A DNA stretch of 62,931 nt, filler included, from Octopus bimaculoides (lineage: Eukaryota): assembly GCF_001194135.2 (NCBI RefSeq). It is 8 parts of 7 records of this genome, joined end to end, with 100 filler letters (N's around TTAATTAATTAA, not from the genome) between each part and the next. Parts side by side here need not be neighbours in the genome. Positions count along the whole stretch, not along the records: positions 50,188 to 56,841 come from NC_068988.1; positions 56,942 to 59,766 come from NC_068982.1; positions 59,867 to 62,931 come from NW_026391508.1; 5 more parts are not named here. One strand, 5' to 3'. The notes below the pieces were generated by a model. The model was given only the letters and a program-made list of their open reading frames with translations, ran no database searches and was not told where the DNA came from. How positions within the stretch are numbered: position 1 is the first letter of the stretch; each line of letters opens with the position of its first letter. Shown here in pieces: positions 51,440-62,931 of the stretch. The position numbers and the translations under genes were made by a program.

Positions 51440-52095
51440 AGTTTAATTTATTCCATGCACTTTTATGTTTTCCACGTGGGTACTTTTATGTGGCGCTGTG
51501 CAAGTGCTATTACATGACACCACACAGGTGTTTTTATGTGGTGTTGCCACAAGTGCTTTTCACCACAAGAGAGACTGGTCTTAACACTTCTGCTGCAGAG
51601 TACAGGTATCCATGAGTACCGCAAAGAGTTAAGCATCTTAGTCCTGTGTCATCTCACCTGAAAAGTTCAGCATCCTTCAGTACTTCATCCCACGTCTTCC
51701 TGGGTCTCCCACTTCCATGTTTTCCATCTACTTTGAAAGATCGGCACTTCTTCATGGAGCTGTCAGCAACCATCTGCATCACATAACCAAACCAGCACAA
51801 TCTTCTTTCTTGCACACAACATCTAATTCTTCTAATGCCTGACTTCTCTCTCAAAACACTAGCACTCTGTCGAAAATGTACTTACATTACACGTCCAGCG
51901 GAGCATACTAGCCTCATTCCTTTCTAACTTTCACATGTCCTCTGCATTCAGGGCCCACATTACACTGCCCTGTAGAATTGGTGTCAGCATACATGCATCA
52001 TAAAATCTTCCTTTCACTCTGAGTGAGAAACCTTTTGTGGCCAACAGAGGTAACAGCTCTCTGAATTTCCTCCATCCTATCTCATTCTGGCTTTA
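51440..52095 (-). mobile_element. RTE-clade LINE 3' end relic
   Basis: Minus frames GWRKFRELLPLLATKGFSLRVKGRFY...LERNEASML and RRLCWFGYVMQM...GRPRKTWDEVLKD are typical RTE ORF C-terminal motifs. Confidence 0.85.
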
Positions 52096-53841
52096 TTTTC
52101 AGTCAATCAATCAATCAATTGAAAAGAGTGAACCATGAACACACTCAAACACATACATGAAACAACTGTAAGCCTATAATAAACGAATAATGGATATAAT
52201 CCATTGTTTCTATTCTATTACTCTGTAAAAACATTCCATCTTATCTTGGTAGCAGAACCATGGATTTACAAGGCCCGTAAATTGCACCATTTGAGCATAA
52301 TTGTTACCAGCGTCCGAACAAGGTCGTTGCCAGTGCCGCTGGACTGGCTCCCATGCAGGTGGCACGTAAAAAACACCTTTTGAGCATGGCCATTGCCAGT
52401 ACCGCCTCTAAGTGGTTGACGTTAGGAAGGGCATCCAGCTGTAGAAACTCTGCCAGATCAGATTGGAGCCTGTGTAGCCATCTGATTTGCCAGTCCTCAG
52501 TCAAATCATCCAACCCATGCTAGCATGGAAAGCAGATGTCAAACGATGATGATGATGATGATTGCTGATAGGTTTTGATTTCAGGTTGCCTGGAATATAA
52601 GACTGGTCACAAAGTGTTTTTGTTAACTTGGTGTATTTTTTATCTGTAGAGAGCTTAAGAAGTATTTCCCCTGGATTACTAATCCTTTATTAATCCGTTT
52701 TGTTTTGACATATATAGATATATATATATAGACTTGAGATTACTGACCCAGTACATTTTCAGGTCTTCCAAAACAGTTTTTTGCCTGTTCAGTTTCATTC
52801 AGAAGGCCTGGTTCAATCCAAAGCTATTGTAAAAAACATATTTGCATAAAATGCCTTGCTGTGAAATCAAATCTGGGGCTTTGTGATTGTGAAGTAAACA
52901 TGCTGACCATTCAACCATGCTGCAACCACTAACTCACTAACCTGCTGTTATCTCCATTCTGCCTCTTCTACCCCTTCTAAGGGCAGTCCACCTCATTTGA
53001 ACCAGCCAGTTGCATGCCACCCTCCCACTACACCCATTCAGTGCACCCATCTCTTGCATTGTATTTCATTATCCAGATCTTGTACCAAATACCTTGGTCA
53101 TTTATTCCTTTCAGAAGATGCACCCTTCTGGAATTTTCCCCCACCTCACCCATATTTGTTTGTTTTTTTGTTCACAGTAAATATTGATCTCCAGGAATAC
53201 AAAGCAATATTCGACTGCATTGGTACCACCAGTCTGGAGCATCCAACAAAAGGTTTTGAGTGTAGTTCCTGCTTCTATGTTAAGTTATTTCAACAAAAAA
53301 ATAGGGGCTGCACTCAAAGCCTTTCGTNNNNNNNNNNNNNNNNNNNNNNNNNNNNNNNNNNNNNNNNNNNNNNNNNNNNNNNNNNNNNNNNNNNNNNNNN
53401 NNNNNNNNNNNNNNNNNNNNNNNNNNNNNNNNAGACAAAACTAAAGCAGTTCAATAATGCTGATTCATCCTTTTATTGTCATTAAGAACTGCTTATAATG
53501 GTAAACGAGGAGAGAAAAGCCATCAAGTAAAATGCTGATTTGGGGAACGGGTTTAAATGTACCACCACAGACATGGTGAACAGTCAGATTCAAAAGGGTG
53601 ACTTATATATTTGTTCTTAGTACATTCCGGCAGATTCCAATGTGAACAGTTTTTAACTTTTACGTGTTTCAGTCATTAGACTGCGGCCATGCTGGGGCAC
53701 CACCTTGAAGAATTTTGGTCGAATGAATCAAACCCGATGCGTTTTTGTGTTTTAAAGTCTGCTACTTATTCTATCAGTCTCTTTTGCCGACAAATGGTAG
53801 TGGGGGACAAACACAGACACAAAGACATACGCACACACACG

Positions 53842-53872
<31 letters not shown>

Positions 53873-54555
53873 CATCATCATCATCATCATCATCATCACC
53901 ATTATCATCATTTAGCGTCTGTTTTCCATGCTAGCAAGGGTAAGATGGTTTGACTGGAACTGGTAAGCTAGTGAGCTGTACCAGGCTCCAATCTGTTTTG
54001 GTTTGGTTTCTATGGCTGGATGCCCTTCCTAAGGCAGTGAGTTGGCAAAATTGTTAGCACACTGAGCAAAATGCTTAGCGGTATTTCGTCTGTCCTTATG
54101 TTCTGAGTTCAAATTCCACCGAAGTTGACTTTGCCTTTCATCCTTTCGGGGTCGATTAAATAAATACCAGTTGTGCACTGGGGTCGATATGATCGACTTA
54201 ATCCATTTGTCTGTCCTTGTTTGTCCCCTCTGAGTGACCAGTGGCGATTATCTAAACAACAAAGACGAAACGCATATTAATTAACACACAAGATACACTT
54301 TTGGTTAATTAGAATTTTCTCTGCTTCCAGAGAGAGTAGACCTGCTCCTTAATGGCAGTTGGTACCATATCAAAATAGGAAAGTGACATTATTTCAAGAA
54401 TTTACAGAGTTGATATGCCATTAAGGAAAAGACAAGAAGAGAGTTCTTGATGTGTGTTTTTGTCTCAGTAGACATTATCAGCACAAGTCTTCCATCTTGT
54501 CTTCATCAGCCAAAACAGTTACACATATATACATTTGCATACACATAGATGTGCA

Positions 54556-54608
<53 letters not shown>

Positions 54609-54673
54609 GTCTGTCTGTCTATCTATCTGTCAATCTTTCTTTCTTCCTTTCTTTCTTTCTAATATATAAATAC

Positions 54674-54731
<58 letters not shown>

Positions 54732-56791
54732 ACACAACAAACACATGCATTTATCATGCATATTTATACTGAAATTCACACTCACATATTTATGTATATA
54801 TATCTACTTCTGTGATTATGTTTGCACAAATGTACACACACACACACACACACACACATTCTAACTCCAGAACGTCTTTTTTTCTCTTTTCCTTTTTACT
54901 ACATTATCTCTTTTCCTTGTCAGATTTTTTCCACTTTGTCATTCATAAAGTTTCACTTTTCTTACTGGTACTTTTTCCCTCCCTGTTTTTTGTCCCCCAA
55001 CATCATTACATATAATATACATACATATATATAATACATATATTTCTATCAATTATTCTTACTTCTTCTATACACATATCTCTCACTGCCTGATAATATT
55101 AATACAAATCTTCTGATTCCATTTATATTTCTCTGTTATTTAACAACTACAGAAAAATTTGGCAAAAATGGTTTCGCATCCATCTGATCTGAGGAAATCT
55201 AGAGACTACCTTTAAAAAGACTCAAATATTTCTCTTTTCCTTAATTCACTTTACTTTCGATGCCATTTCTTTTTTTTTTTTCTTTTTATTCTTCATAAAA
55301 TTCATTTTTTGTTGACTTTTAAATATTTTCTCTTGTTTTTTGTCAGCTTTCTGCTTCTTTTGGCAATTTGCTAGTCTTACTTGTTCTTTTTCATTCTGTA
55401 TACGGCCATATATGAGTTTTCGTGGTGGTGGAGGGTAGTGGTTGTGGTGGNNNNNNNNNNNNNNNNNNNNNNNNNNNNNNNNNNNNNNNNNNNNNNNNNN
55501 NNNNNNNNNNNNNNNNNNNNNNNNNNNNNNNNNNNNNNNNNNNNNNNNNNNNNNNNNNNNNNNNNNNNNNNNNNNNNNNNNNNNNNNNNNNNNNNNNNNN
55601 NNNNNNNNNNNNNNNNNNNNNNNNNNNNNNNNNNNNNNNNNNNNNNNNNNNNNNNNNNNNNNNNNNNNNNNNNNNNNNNNNNNNNNNNNNNNNNNNNNNN
55701 NNNNNNNNNNNNNNNNNNNNNNNNNNNNNNNNNNNNNNNNNNNNNNNNNNNNNNNNNNNNNNNNNNNNNNNNNNNNNNNNNNNNNNNNNNNNNNNNNNNN
55801 NNNNNNNNNNNNNNNNNNNNNNNNNNNNNNNNNNNNNNNNNNNNNNNNNNNNNNNNNNNNNNNNNNNNNNNNNNNNNNNNNNNNNNNNNNNNNNNNNNNN
55901 NNNNNNNNNNNNNNNNNNNNNNNNNNNNNNNNNNNNNNNNNNNNNNNNNNNNNNNNNNNNNNNNNNNNNNNNNNNNNNNNNNNNNNNNNNNNNNNNNNNN
56001 NNNNNNNNNNNNNNNNNNNNNNNNNNNNNNNNNNNNNNNNNNNNNNNNNNNNNNNNNNNNNNNNNNNNNNNNNNNNNNNNNNNNNNNNNNNNNNNNNNNN
56101 NNNNNNNNNNNNNNNNNNNNNNNNNNNNNNNNNNNNNNNNNNNNNNNNNNNNNNNNCTCCTAAAACTACTCTCAACCTCACAAGTAACTAATGTTACAAC
56201 ACACAACAGTCTCACCATTACTGTGTTTCTTACTGTCCTTATCATCACCACCACCACCACCACCACCACCACTACCACCACCACCACCACCAGTTTTGTC
56301 GCTGCTACTGCTACCATTGCCAAAAGCATCATCATCGCACTTTACCATCACAACCACTGCCACCACAACAGCCATCACCATCACCTAAAACAGCAGCACC
56401 ACCACCACGACCACCTCCACCTTCAGTTTACTCTACCATTACTCTTTGACTATCTTTAAAGAAAGGGAAGCACTGAATTTTCCATCAAACACACGCCTAC
56501 ACATACACCCACACACACACACACATACACCCCCACACACACCTCCACACTCATATACACATAGCGTATTTGTCAACATTAGCACACACATGCAAACAAA
56601 TGCACACAATTCCGTTTACACATACACACACGTCTGAACAGACATCAAAAATAATATGCAAAAAAAAAGAGAATTTACATCCAGAAATAAAAGAAAAAAA
56701 GTCACCAACATACATAACACACACGCGTACACAACATAGCAGACACACACACATTTACATGCATACATACATACATATATATATGTATGTA

Positions 56792-56841
<50 letters not shown>

Positions 56842-56980
56842 NNNNNNNNNNNNNNNNNNNNNNNNNNNNNNNNNNNNNNNNNNNNTTAATTAATTAANNN
56901 NNNNNNNNNNNNNNNNNNNNNNNNNNNNNNNNNNNNNNNNNTTTATAAGCCTTAAAATTCACCCCATAATTGCCCATGGG

Positions 56981-57071
56981 CATATGGCGTAGTGGTTAAG
57001 AGCGCGGGCTACTAACCCCAAGGTTCCGAGTTCGATTCACGGCAGCGACCTGATTAATAATAATAATAATA

Positions 57072-57103
<32 letters not shown>

Positions 57104-57250
57104 GTAACATCGATAGGAATGAGAACCCAGGTTCGAAATTTCCCCCAAGACACCTGACGAAGGCTGGAGGGTATATCAGCCGAAACGTTGTGTTAACAAC
57201 AAACAAGATGAGGACGAATATCCGTCAAATGTAGATAATGTAAATAATGT
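56981..57250 (+). mobile_element. Composite SINE-like element: tRNA-derived head + (TAA)n + hammerhead-bearing body
   Basis: A box TGGCGTAGTGG (56985-56995), B box GAGTTCGATTC (57028-57038), (TAA)n at ~57055-57103, and a body shared with 38440-38680. Confidence 0.75.
57149..57194 (+). ncRNA. Intact minimal type I hammerhead ribozyme (dimer type)
   Basis: GACAC CUGACGA A GGCUG gaggguauau CAGCC GAAA CG UU GUGUU. Helix I is 5 bp, helix II is 5 bp, the core is complete, AACGUU is palindromic, and predicted cleavage is after U57189. Confidence 0.8.
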
Positions 57251-57304
57251 ATACATACATACATACATACATACATACATACATACATACATACATACAT
57301 ACAT

Positions 57305-59040
57305 TAAACACAAAGAGGGACTGTGTTATCACTGATAGAATACTGTATCGCAAAGGCATATTCCAAGGGAACAGCCTCTCTGTGATGTTGTTTATACTTT
57401 CTGTAAACCCCTTATCATTCATCTAAAGGAAGTCTGAAGGTTATCTCACTGGTTCAAAAGGAAACAGAAATACAAAAATTACACACTGTTTTTTGTGGAT
57501 GACTTGAAACTATATGCAAAGAATATGCACGAGATGAAAAAGAGCCTCGACTTGGTTACAACATTCTCAAAGGATATTGGGTTGCAGTTTGGTCAGGATA
57601 AATGTTGCTATATGGTTGTGAAAAGGAGGAAGACTATAAACCAGACTAGCAACATCTCCATCAGTGATTTAACTGTTTCCCCTATATCTGACGAGGAATG
57701 TTACAGGTATCTAGTGGTGGATGAAAACATATCTTACAATGGCGCCTGTAACAAAGCATGTGTCACTAAAGATTACAGCCGAATAAAGGAAATTTGGACC
57801 TCAGAACTTGTTGCATTCAATAAAACAATGCCCCACAGTGTGTTTGCAGTACCAGCACTCATACCAACATTTAGTCTGCTTGATTGGACGCTTGATGAGA
57901 TCCGAGCCATTGATGTAAAAACCTGAAAAATACAAACAAGCATACATAATATCCACACAAACAGTGACGTAGACCGCCTGACTCTACCTAAAACGAAAAC
58001 AAGGCGGCCTAATGTCCATCACATGCCTTCGGCAACATCTTTTAACCCCCAAGTGTCGAAGTGCATCCTCTGGCCAAGTTTACATACATGAGGCTCATAA
58101 CATCATAAGACTTGATCAACATTCTTTGTCTGATAACCTAGAATACATGCCCAAAGAAGTCACACGACTCTACCACAACGTATGATCAGATGAAAATATG
58201 AGCCTTTATGAGCAGAAGAATATGCATGAATATGTTAGAAGAAAACTCCGAGATGATAGTAACATCGATCATCAACACAGTATACATGGACAAATAGCCG
58301 AATTGCTACCTCCCACTTTGAAGGGTATGCGTTTGCAATCCAGGAACAGGAAATATCAACCAAGTACCTGATGCACAAAAGGGATAGAGATGCAGGAAAA
58401 GCAGTAAAATGTGACAACCGATGTAGACTTTGTGGAGATAACAACGAAGATATCACCCGCATCATAAGCAGATGTCCGAAAATGTCATCACGGTATTATC
58501 TACCGATGAGACATTATGCTGTAGCTAGAACACTCTATAATGAAATCCGTCGTAGGGATAACCCCGAGGACAAAGAAAAAAGAACCATAGCTACTCATAA
58601 TAAAAAGAAGTACTGGTAGAATATGCCAGTGAAAACCTCAATAAAATGTAAACACAACAGACCTGATATAATGATTTAGGATAGAGAAGACAAACTAGGA
58701 ACAGTGGAGAAACTTGCTACCCAGTGGGTGTTAACATAAAGCTGAAGATCAGTGAAAAAGAGAATACCTACGCTCAACTACTCAGAAATCTGCAGTTACT
58801 CTATCCAAATTACAAGTTCAGGTTTATATCTGTAATTATTGTGGCCTTGGAATATGTACACACTGACTAAATACCAATCTTGAGAAATTAGGTTTCTCAA
58901 AACCAGGAGAAAGCTAATTCGAAGACTACACTGGAACTGAAAAATTTGTAAAACTTTCCAGAAGTTTATCATTTAAATATATATATGCATATCTAGATAT
59001 GCAACTATATACATGAGAATACACGCATAAAATAAACATA
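57305..59040 (+). mobile_element. RLE-class (R4/Dong-like) non-LTR retrotransposon relic, 5'-truncated
   Basis: KGIFQGNSLS and FVDDLKLYA (RT), CRLCG...IISRC (CCHC-type), MRHYAVA, and KHNRPDIMI (restriction-like endonuclease) in broken frames. Starts at a (TACA)n tract. Confidence 0.85.
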
Positions 59041-59045
59041 TGCAT

Positions 59046-59225
59046 AAAAGCAGCAAAAATATCACAAAAATTGTTACTCAAGGTTTCGCCTCAACGTTCG
59101 TCTGATGAAGGGGAATATGAAACTCTAGGTAACAGTTTTTGCTGCTTTTTTAATAAAACATATTACTCTACTTCCGATATTCGAGTACTATTTTTTCCAC
59201 CTTGTTTCGCATTTATGTGCTTAAC
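59046..59225. repeat. Palindromic short repeat with a degenerate hammerhead core
   Basis: Arms AAAAGCAGCAAAAA...TGTTAC...GTTTCG and GAAAC...GTAACA.TTTTTGCTGCTTTT enclose CTGATGA (59102-59108) and GAAAC (59119-59123). Confidence 0.5.
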
Positions 59226-59229
59226 TCTA

Positions 59230-59766
59230 GTATATATGTATCAGTTCTGACCGATTTTACCTTTTCTAAAATTGAATGAAATTTAATAGTATTATAGAAT
59301 ATCTAATGGAATTTAAAATTATTTTTATGCATTTGTGTACATTTAAACTAATTAAATATTATTTTACAGAATAATAGGATTAAAATTTCTTTGATTAAAA
59401 CCCTTTCTAATAAGGAAGTCTCCAAAGAGCATTTGAGACACATAATGCTTTATGAGTACAAAAAAGGAAACTGCAGCCGAAGCGACTCGAAACATACACT
59501 CAGTTTATGGGAAAGAATGCTTGAATGAAAGAACTTGCAGAAGATGGTTTGCAAAATTCAGAAGTGGAGATTTCAGCCTTGAAGATGAAGATCGAACAGG
59601 ACGTCCAATTGAGTTTGATGATAAGCTCCTTGGGGCATTACTTGAAGAAAATCCTGCATTATCAGTTGAAGAATTGGCAATAAAGCTTAGTTCAAACCAT
59701 ACAACTGTTCATCGTCATCTTCAACAACTTGGAAAGGTTCCTAAACTTGGAAAATGGGTGCCTCCT
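59230..59766 (+). pseudogene. Mariner transposase 5' part, cut by the linker
   Basis: EVSKEHLRHIMLYEYKKG / AAEATRNIHSVYG..CLNERTCRRWFAKFRSGDFSLEDEDRTGRP...GKWVP. Confidence 0.88.
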
Positions 59767-60179
59767 NNNNNNNNNNNNNNNNNNNNNNNNNNNNNNNNNN
59801 NNNNNNNNNNTTAATTAATTAANNNNNNNNNNNNNNNNNNNNNNNNNNNNNNNNNNNNNNNNNNNNAATAAGTACCAGTTACGCACTGGAGTCGATATAA
59901 TCGACTTAATCCGTTCCTCTGTCCTTGTTTGTCCCCTCTGTTTAACCCCCTATGGGCAATAAAGAAATTAATATTTATTCATTTATTTATTATGAAGAAG
60001 TGGGGATTGCTAATAAAATATGTAATGGGAACATTCTAGTCTCTTTCCCAGAAAGACTCCGGGCTATTGTTGCTGTGACACAAAAACATAAGTAAGATCG
60101 TAATGATAAGCTCTGATCTCAGTGACCTTTTGTTTGCCAAACATAACAAACTTGATTTTCTTTTAAATAGAAACACACA

Positions 60180-60870
60180 CACACGTATCTGAGAGAAAAG
60201 TTGGACGTAAGAGACATCAGATATAGTGTGACAGAGAAACAATTGTATGGTCATGTGATGCGTATGGACGGCCGTGGAAAGTTGTGTGAAGAAGCGTCGC
60301 ACTCTAACGGCGGAGGGAGCCCCATAGAAGACGTAGACCCAGGAAGTCATGGGATGATGTGGTGACGCACGATCTCCGAATGTTGGGCCTCACAGAGGCA
60401 ATGACATGTAACCAAGACCTTTGGCAATATGCTATGCTTGAGAAGACCCATCAATCCAAGTGAGACTGTGGTCGTGGCCGATGCCAGTGTCGCATAACGG
60501 GCCCATTAAAAGCATCCTTCAGACGTTGGGCGATGTGCTATGCTTGTGAAGACCTGTCGAGCTGAGTGAAATGAGTTGTGACACGTAAAAAGCTCTGTTC
60601 AGGCATCGGGCTTCATGGAGGCAGTGACAAGTGACACAGACCGCTGGTGACATACCATGCTTGTGTAAACCTGCCAAGTCAAGTGAGACCGTAGTCGTAG
60701 CTGATGTCGGTGTCAAGTCAATGGCATGCGACAAACACCTACTCACTTCACACTCGGAGTGGTTGGCGTCAGGAAGGGCATCCAGTAGTAGAAACCTTGC
60801 CAAATCAGATCAGGACCTGGTGCAGCTCCCCGGCTTACCAGTTTTCAGTTAAAAACATCCAACCCATGCC
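60180..60870 (+). mobile_element. RTE LINE 3' end with 3' UTR
   Basis: LREKLDVRDIR...YGHVMRMD...RPRKSWDDVVTHDLRMLGLTEAMT...LEKTHQSK* followed by the tail shared with the standalone (GAT)n elements. Confidence 0.8.
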
Positions 60871-61259
60871 CACTTTAAGAACCTATGATCTATATTCCAG
60901 ATGCTTATATACGCGCGCGCGCGTGTGTNNNNNNNNNNAAGTGACACAGACCGCTGGTGACATACCATGCTTGTGTAAACCTGCCAAGCCAAGTGAGACC
61001 GTAGTCGTAGCTGATAATCGTTGTCAAGTCAATGGCATGCGACAAACACCCACTTCACTCTCGGAGTGGTTGGCGTTAGGAAGGGCATCCAGTAGTAGAA
61101 ACCTTGCCAAATCAGATCAGAACCTGGTGCAGCTTACCAGCTTTCGGTTAAAACATCCAACCCATGCCCACTTTGGGAACCTATGATCTATATACCAGAT
61201 GCTTTATATACGCGCGCGCGCGCGTGTGTAGAAAACAGGCGTAAATGATGATGATGATA

Positions 61260-61521
61260 TATTGGGTTGGTGCATAATTATTGCAGCTTTGATTCAACAA
61301 ATTTTATTCAACAAAAACAATAACAACATTTAACAAAAACATCTTTAAATGGTTATTCCGGAGCATATTCACCATCTACTTCAATTACTGCTTCCCATTT
61401 GCTTGGCAGACGGTCAGACCGTCATTTAAAGATGTTCTTGTTAAATATTGTTATTCTTTTTGTTGGATAAAATTTGTTGAAGAAGAAAAAAAAGCCGCAA
61501 TAATTATACACCAACCCAATA
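61260..61521. mobile_element. Mariner-derived palindromic MITE
   Basis: TIRs TATTGGGTTGGTGCATAATTATTGC and GCAATAATTATACACCAACCCAATA; internal arms are also inverted (~90 bp); TA ends. Confidence 0.85.
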
Positions 61522-62931
61522 CAAGCAAAGTAACGAGTTCTAAAGTCTCCGTAAGAGAAGCAAGTAATAACTCTACAGAAGAATAATGGTTGTTGCCAAC
61601 TCAACGTGGTTTTTTTCCGTATAGAACAATGTTATTACTCTTTTTAACCCGAGGAGGACACCTCCTCCAACTGGTTAACGACACCAATCGTATCGGACAG
61701 ACGAAAAGTTACTTGATGTAGAAAGAGCGCTTCTTGTTCCGAGTCGGGTCGTTGTATGTAGATAGTCGAAAGCAGGGAGAAACAGCGTAATAACAACATC
61801 GAAGAGGAAAGAATGATATTCACAAATTTATTTGCCGTCAGTGGTTCTTAAGTCAGATATAGTAGTAATCGACAAATAGTATAATACAATGTGTTGGTCG
61901 CTCGTTGGTAATTGGTAGTGTAAGGGTAAGGATTGCGTTGCCCCTTTCCATTCGGCCTATGCTATGCTGTGCGGGTCACCAATTGCTCCCGGCTTGAAGG
62001 CGAAGGAGAGAAAAGATCTCAATTATATCAAGTATGGCCAGGAAGAAGGTGAAACCTAATACAGTGGACTGACCCTTCCTTGACCAGTAAAGAAGGTCAG
62101 GCGTCTCTCAATAATCTCCCAGTAAGGAGATCAAACACAATAGTATGAGAGATTCGTCTGACAAGCAACAAATATGTGAATTTTTTAATCTCAGTTACAC
62201 AGAGCAAAGCGCTCTCTCTTTTTCTCTCTCTCTCTCTCTCTNNNNNNNNNNNNNNNNNNNNNNNNNNNNNNNNNNNNNNNNNNNNNNNNNNNNNNNNNNN
62301 NNNNNNNNNNNNNNNNNNNNNNNTATATATATATATATATATATATATATGCCACAGTTACACAGATTAAAGGAATTATTTTTGTGCATTTAGGCAGCAA
62401 GTTACCAAATCGTCGTAGATTGCGCGCGGGTGCGCGCGCGAGCGACAGTGTGTGTGTGTGTGTGCTCGCGCGCGTGTGTAACTAACGCTCCTCGACCGGA
62501 GTTGGTTTATTTACACCCCCGTAATGTAGAGGTACGATTTAAGAAACAGATAAGATAGTAATAAGCTCGATTTGTTCGACTAAAATCACTTCAAGCGGTG
62601 TCCCAGTATGGCCACAAACCGATGACTAAAACAAGTAAAAAAATAAAAGGTAAAATACGACAGGAGCAATTTTGGGGTAGATTTATTTTAATATGTACAG
62701 TTTTTTCGTTAAGAAATGCTATATTCGTTACCATAGTAACCCATTAATTTTACGAAAAGTTACAACTTCTGTAGATGACGTTAATAAACAGATGCACACA
62801 CGCAAGAACGCACGCGCGAACACACTCGTTACTTGACTTCAATCGTGATGCAAGGGAGGTAATACGGTGGCGACTTACATGTTTTCTTTCCGTTTGAAAA
62901 GTAAATCCAGTCAATAAATGCTGAAGTTTTC

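Noticed and set aside
54331-54390. RVDLLLNGSWYHIKIGK as the next axotactin LamG exon
   Set aside because: Only a superficial match to LNDG.WH, an in-frame stop follows with no suitable donor, and it lies on a different assembly piece.
60629-61228. ~300-bp direct duplication around a 10-N gap
   Set aside because: Two slightly different copies abutting a minimal gap are the usual signature of uncollapsed alleles or contig overlap.
143-62400. Most ORF-track entries (poly-HT, CV, YI, poly-H/D/M/T and X-filled ORFs)
   Set aside because: They are translations of (CA)n, (TA)n, (GAT)n, (TAG)n and (CT)n microsatellites or N gaps, with no coding signal.

Overview
AT-rich, microsatellite-dense animal DNA. 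The SINE and LINE repertoire points to a coleoid cephalopod, probably Octopus (inference, not searched). The window is eight assembly pieces joined by an artificial 100-bp linker (44 N + TTAATTAATTAA + 44 N), so adjacency across linkers is not evidence of biological linkage. Piece 1 (1-14562) holds ten phase-consistent + strand exons of an axotactin-like (neurexin/CASPR family) gene (LamG-EGF-fibrinogen-like-LamG-EGF-LamG); one further exon is predicted inside an N gap. One isolated tetraspanin-like exon lies at 42551-42733. The rest is mobile DNA: several tRNA-derived SINE families, RTE, Tx1/L1-like and R4-like LINE relics, mariner/Tc1 and Chapaev3-like transposon relics, and hAT and mariner MITEs. 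The most notable unexplained signal is a set of at least five unrelated short repeat families carrying minimal type I hammerhead ribozyme motifs with a palindromic helix III (dimer type). They include an intact motif downstream of a tRNA-derived Pol III promoter (56981-57250), a ~300-bp tandem array with a hammerhead in each unit, and a head-to-head pair in which both hammerheads are disabled. All alignments and folds were done by eye; repeat boundaries are approximate.
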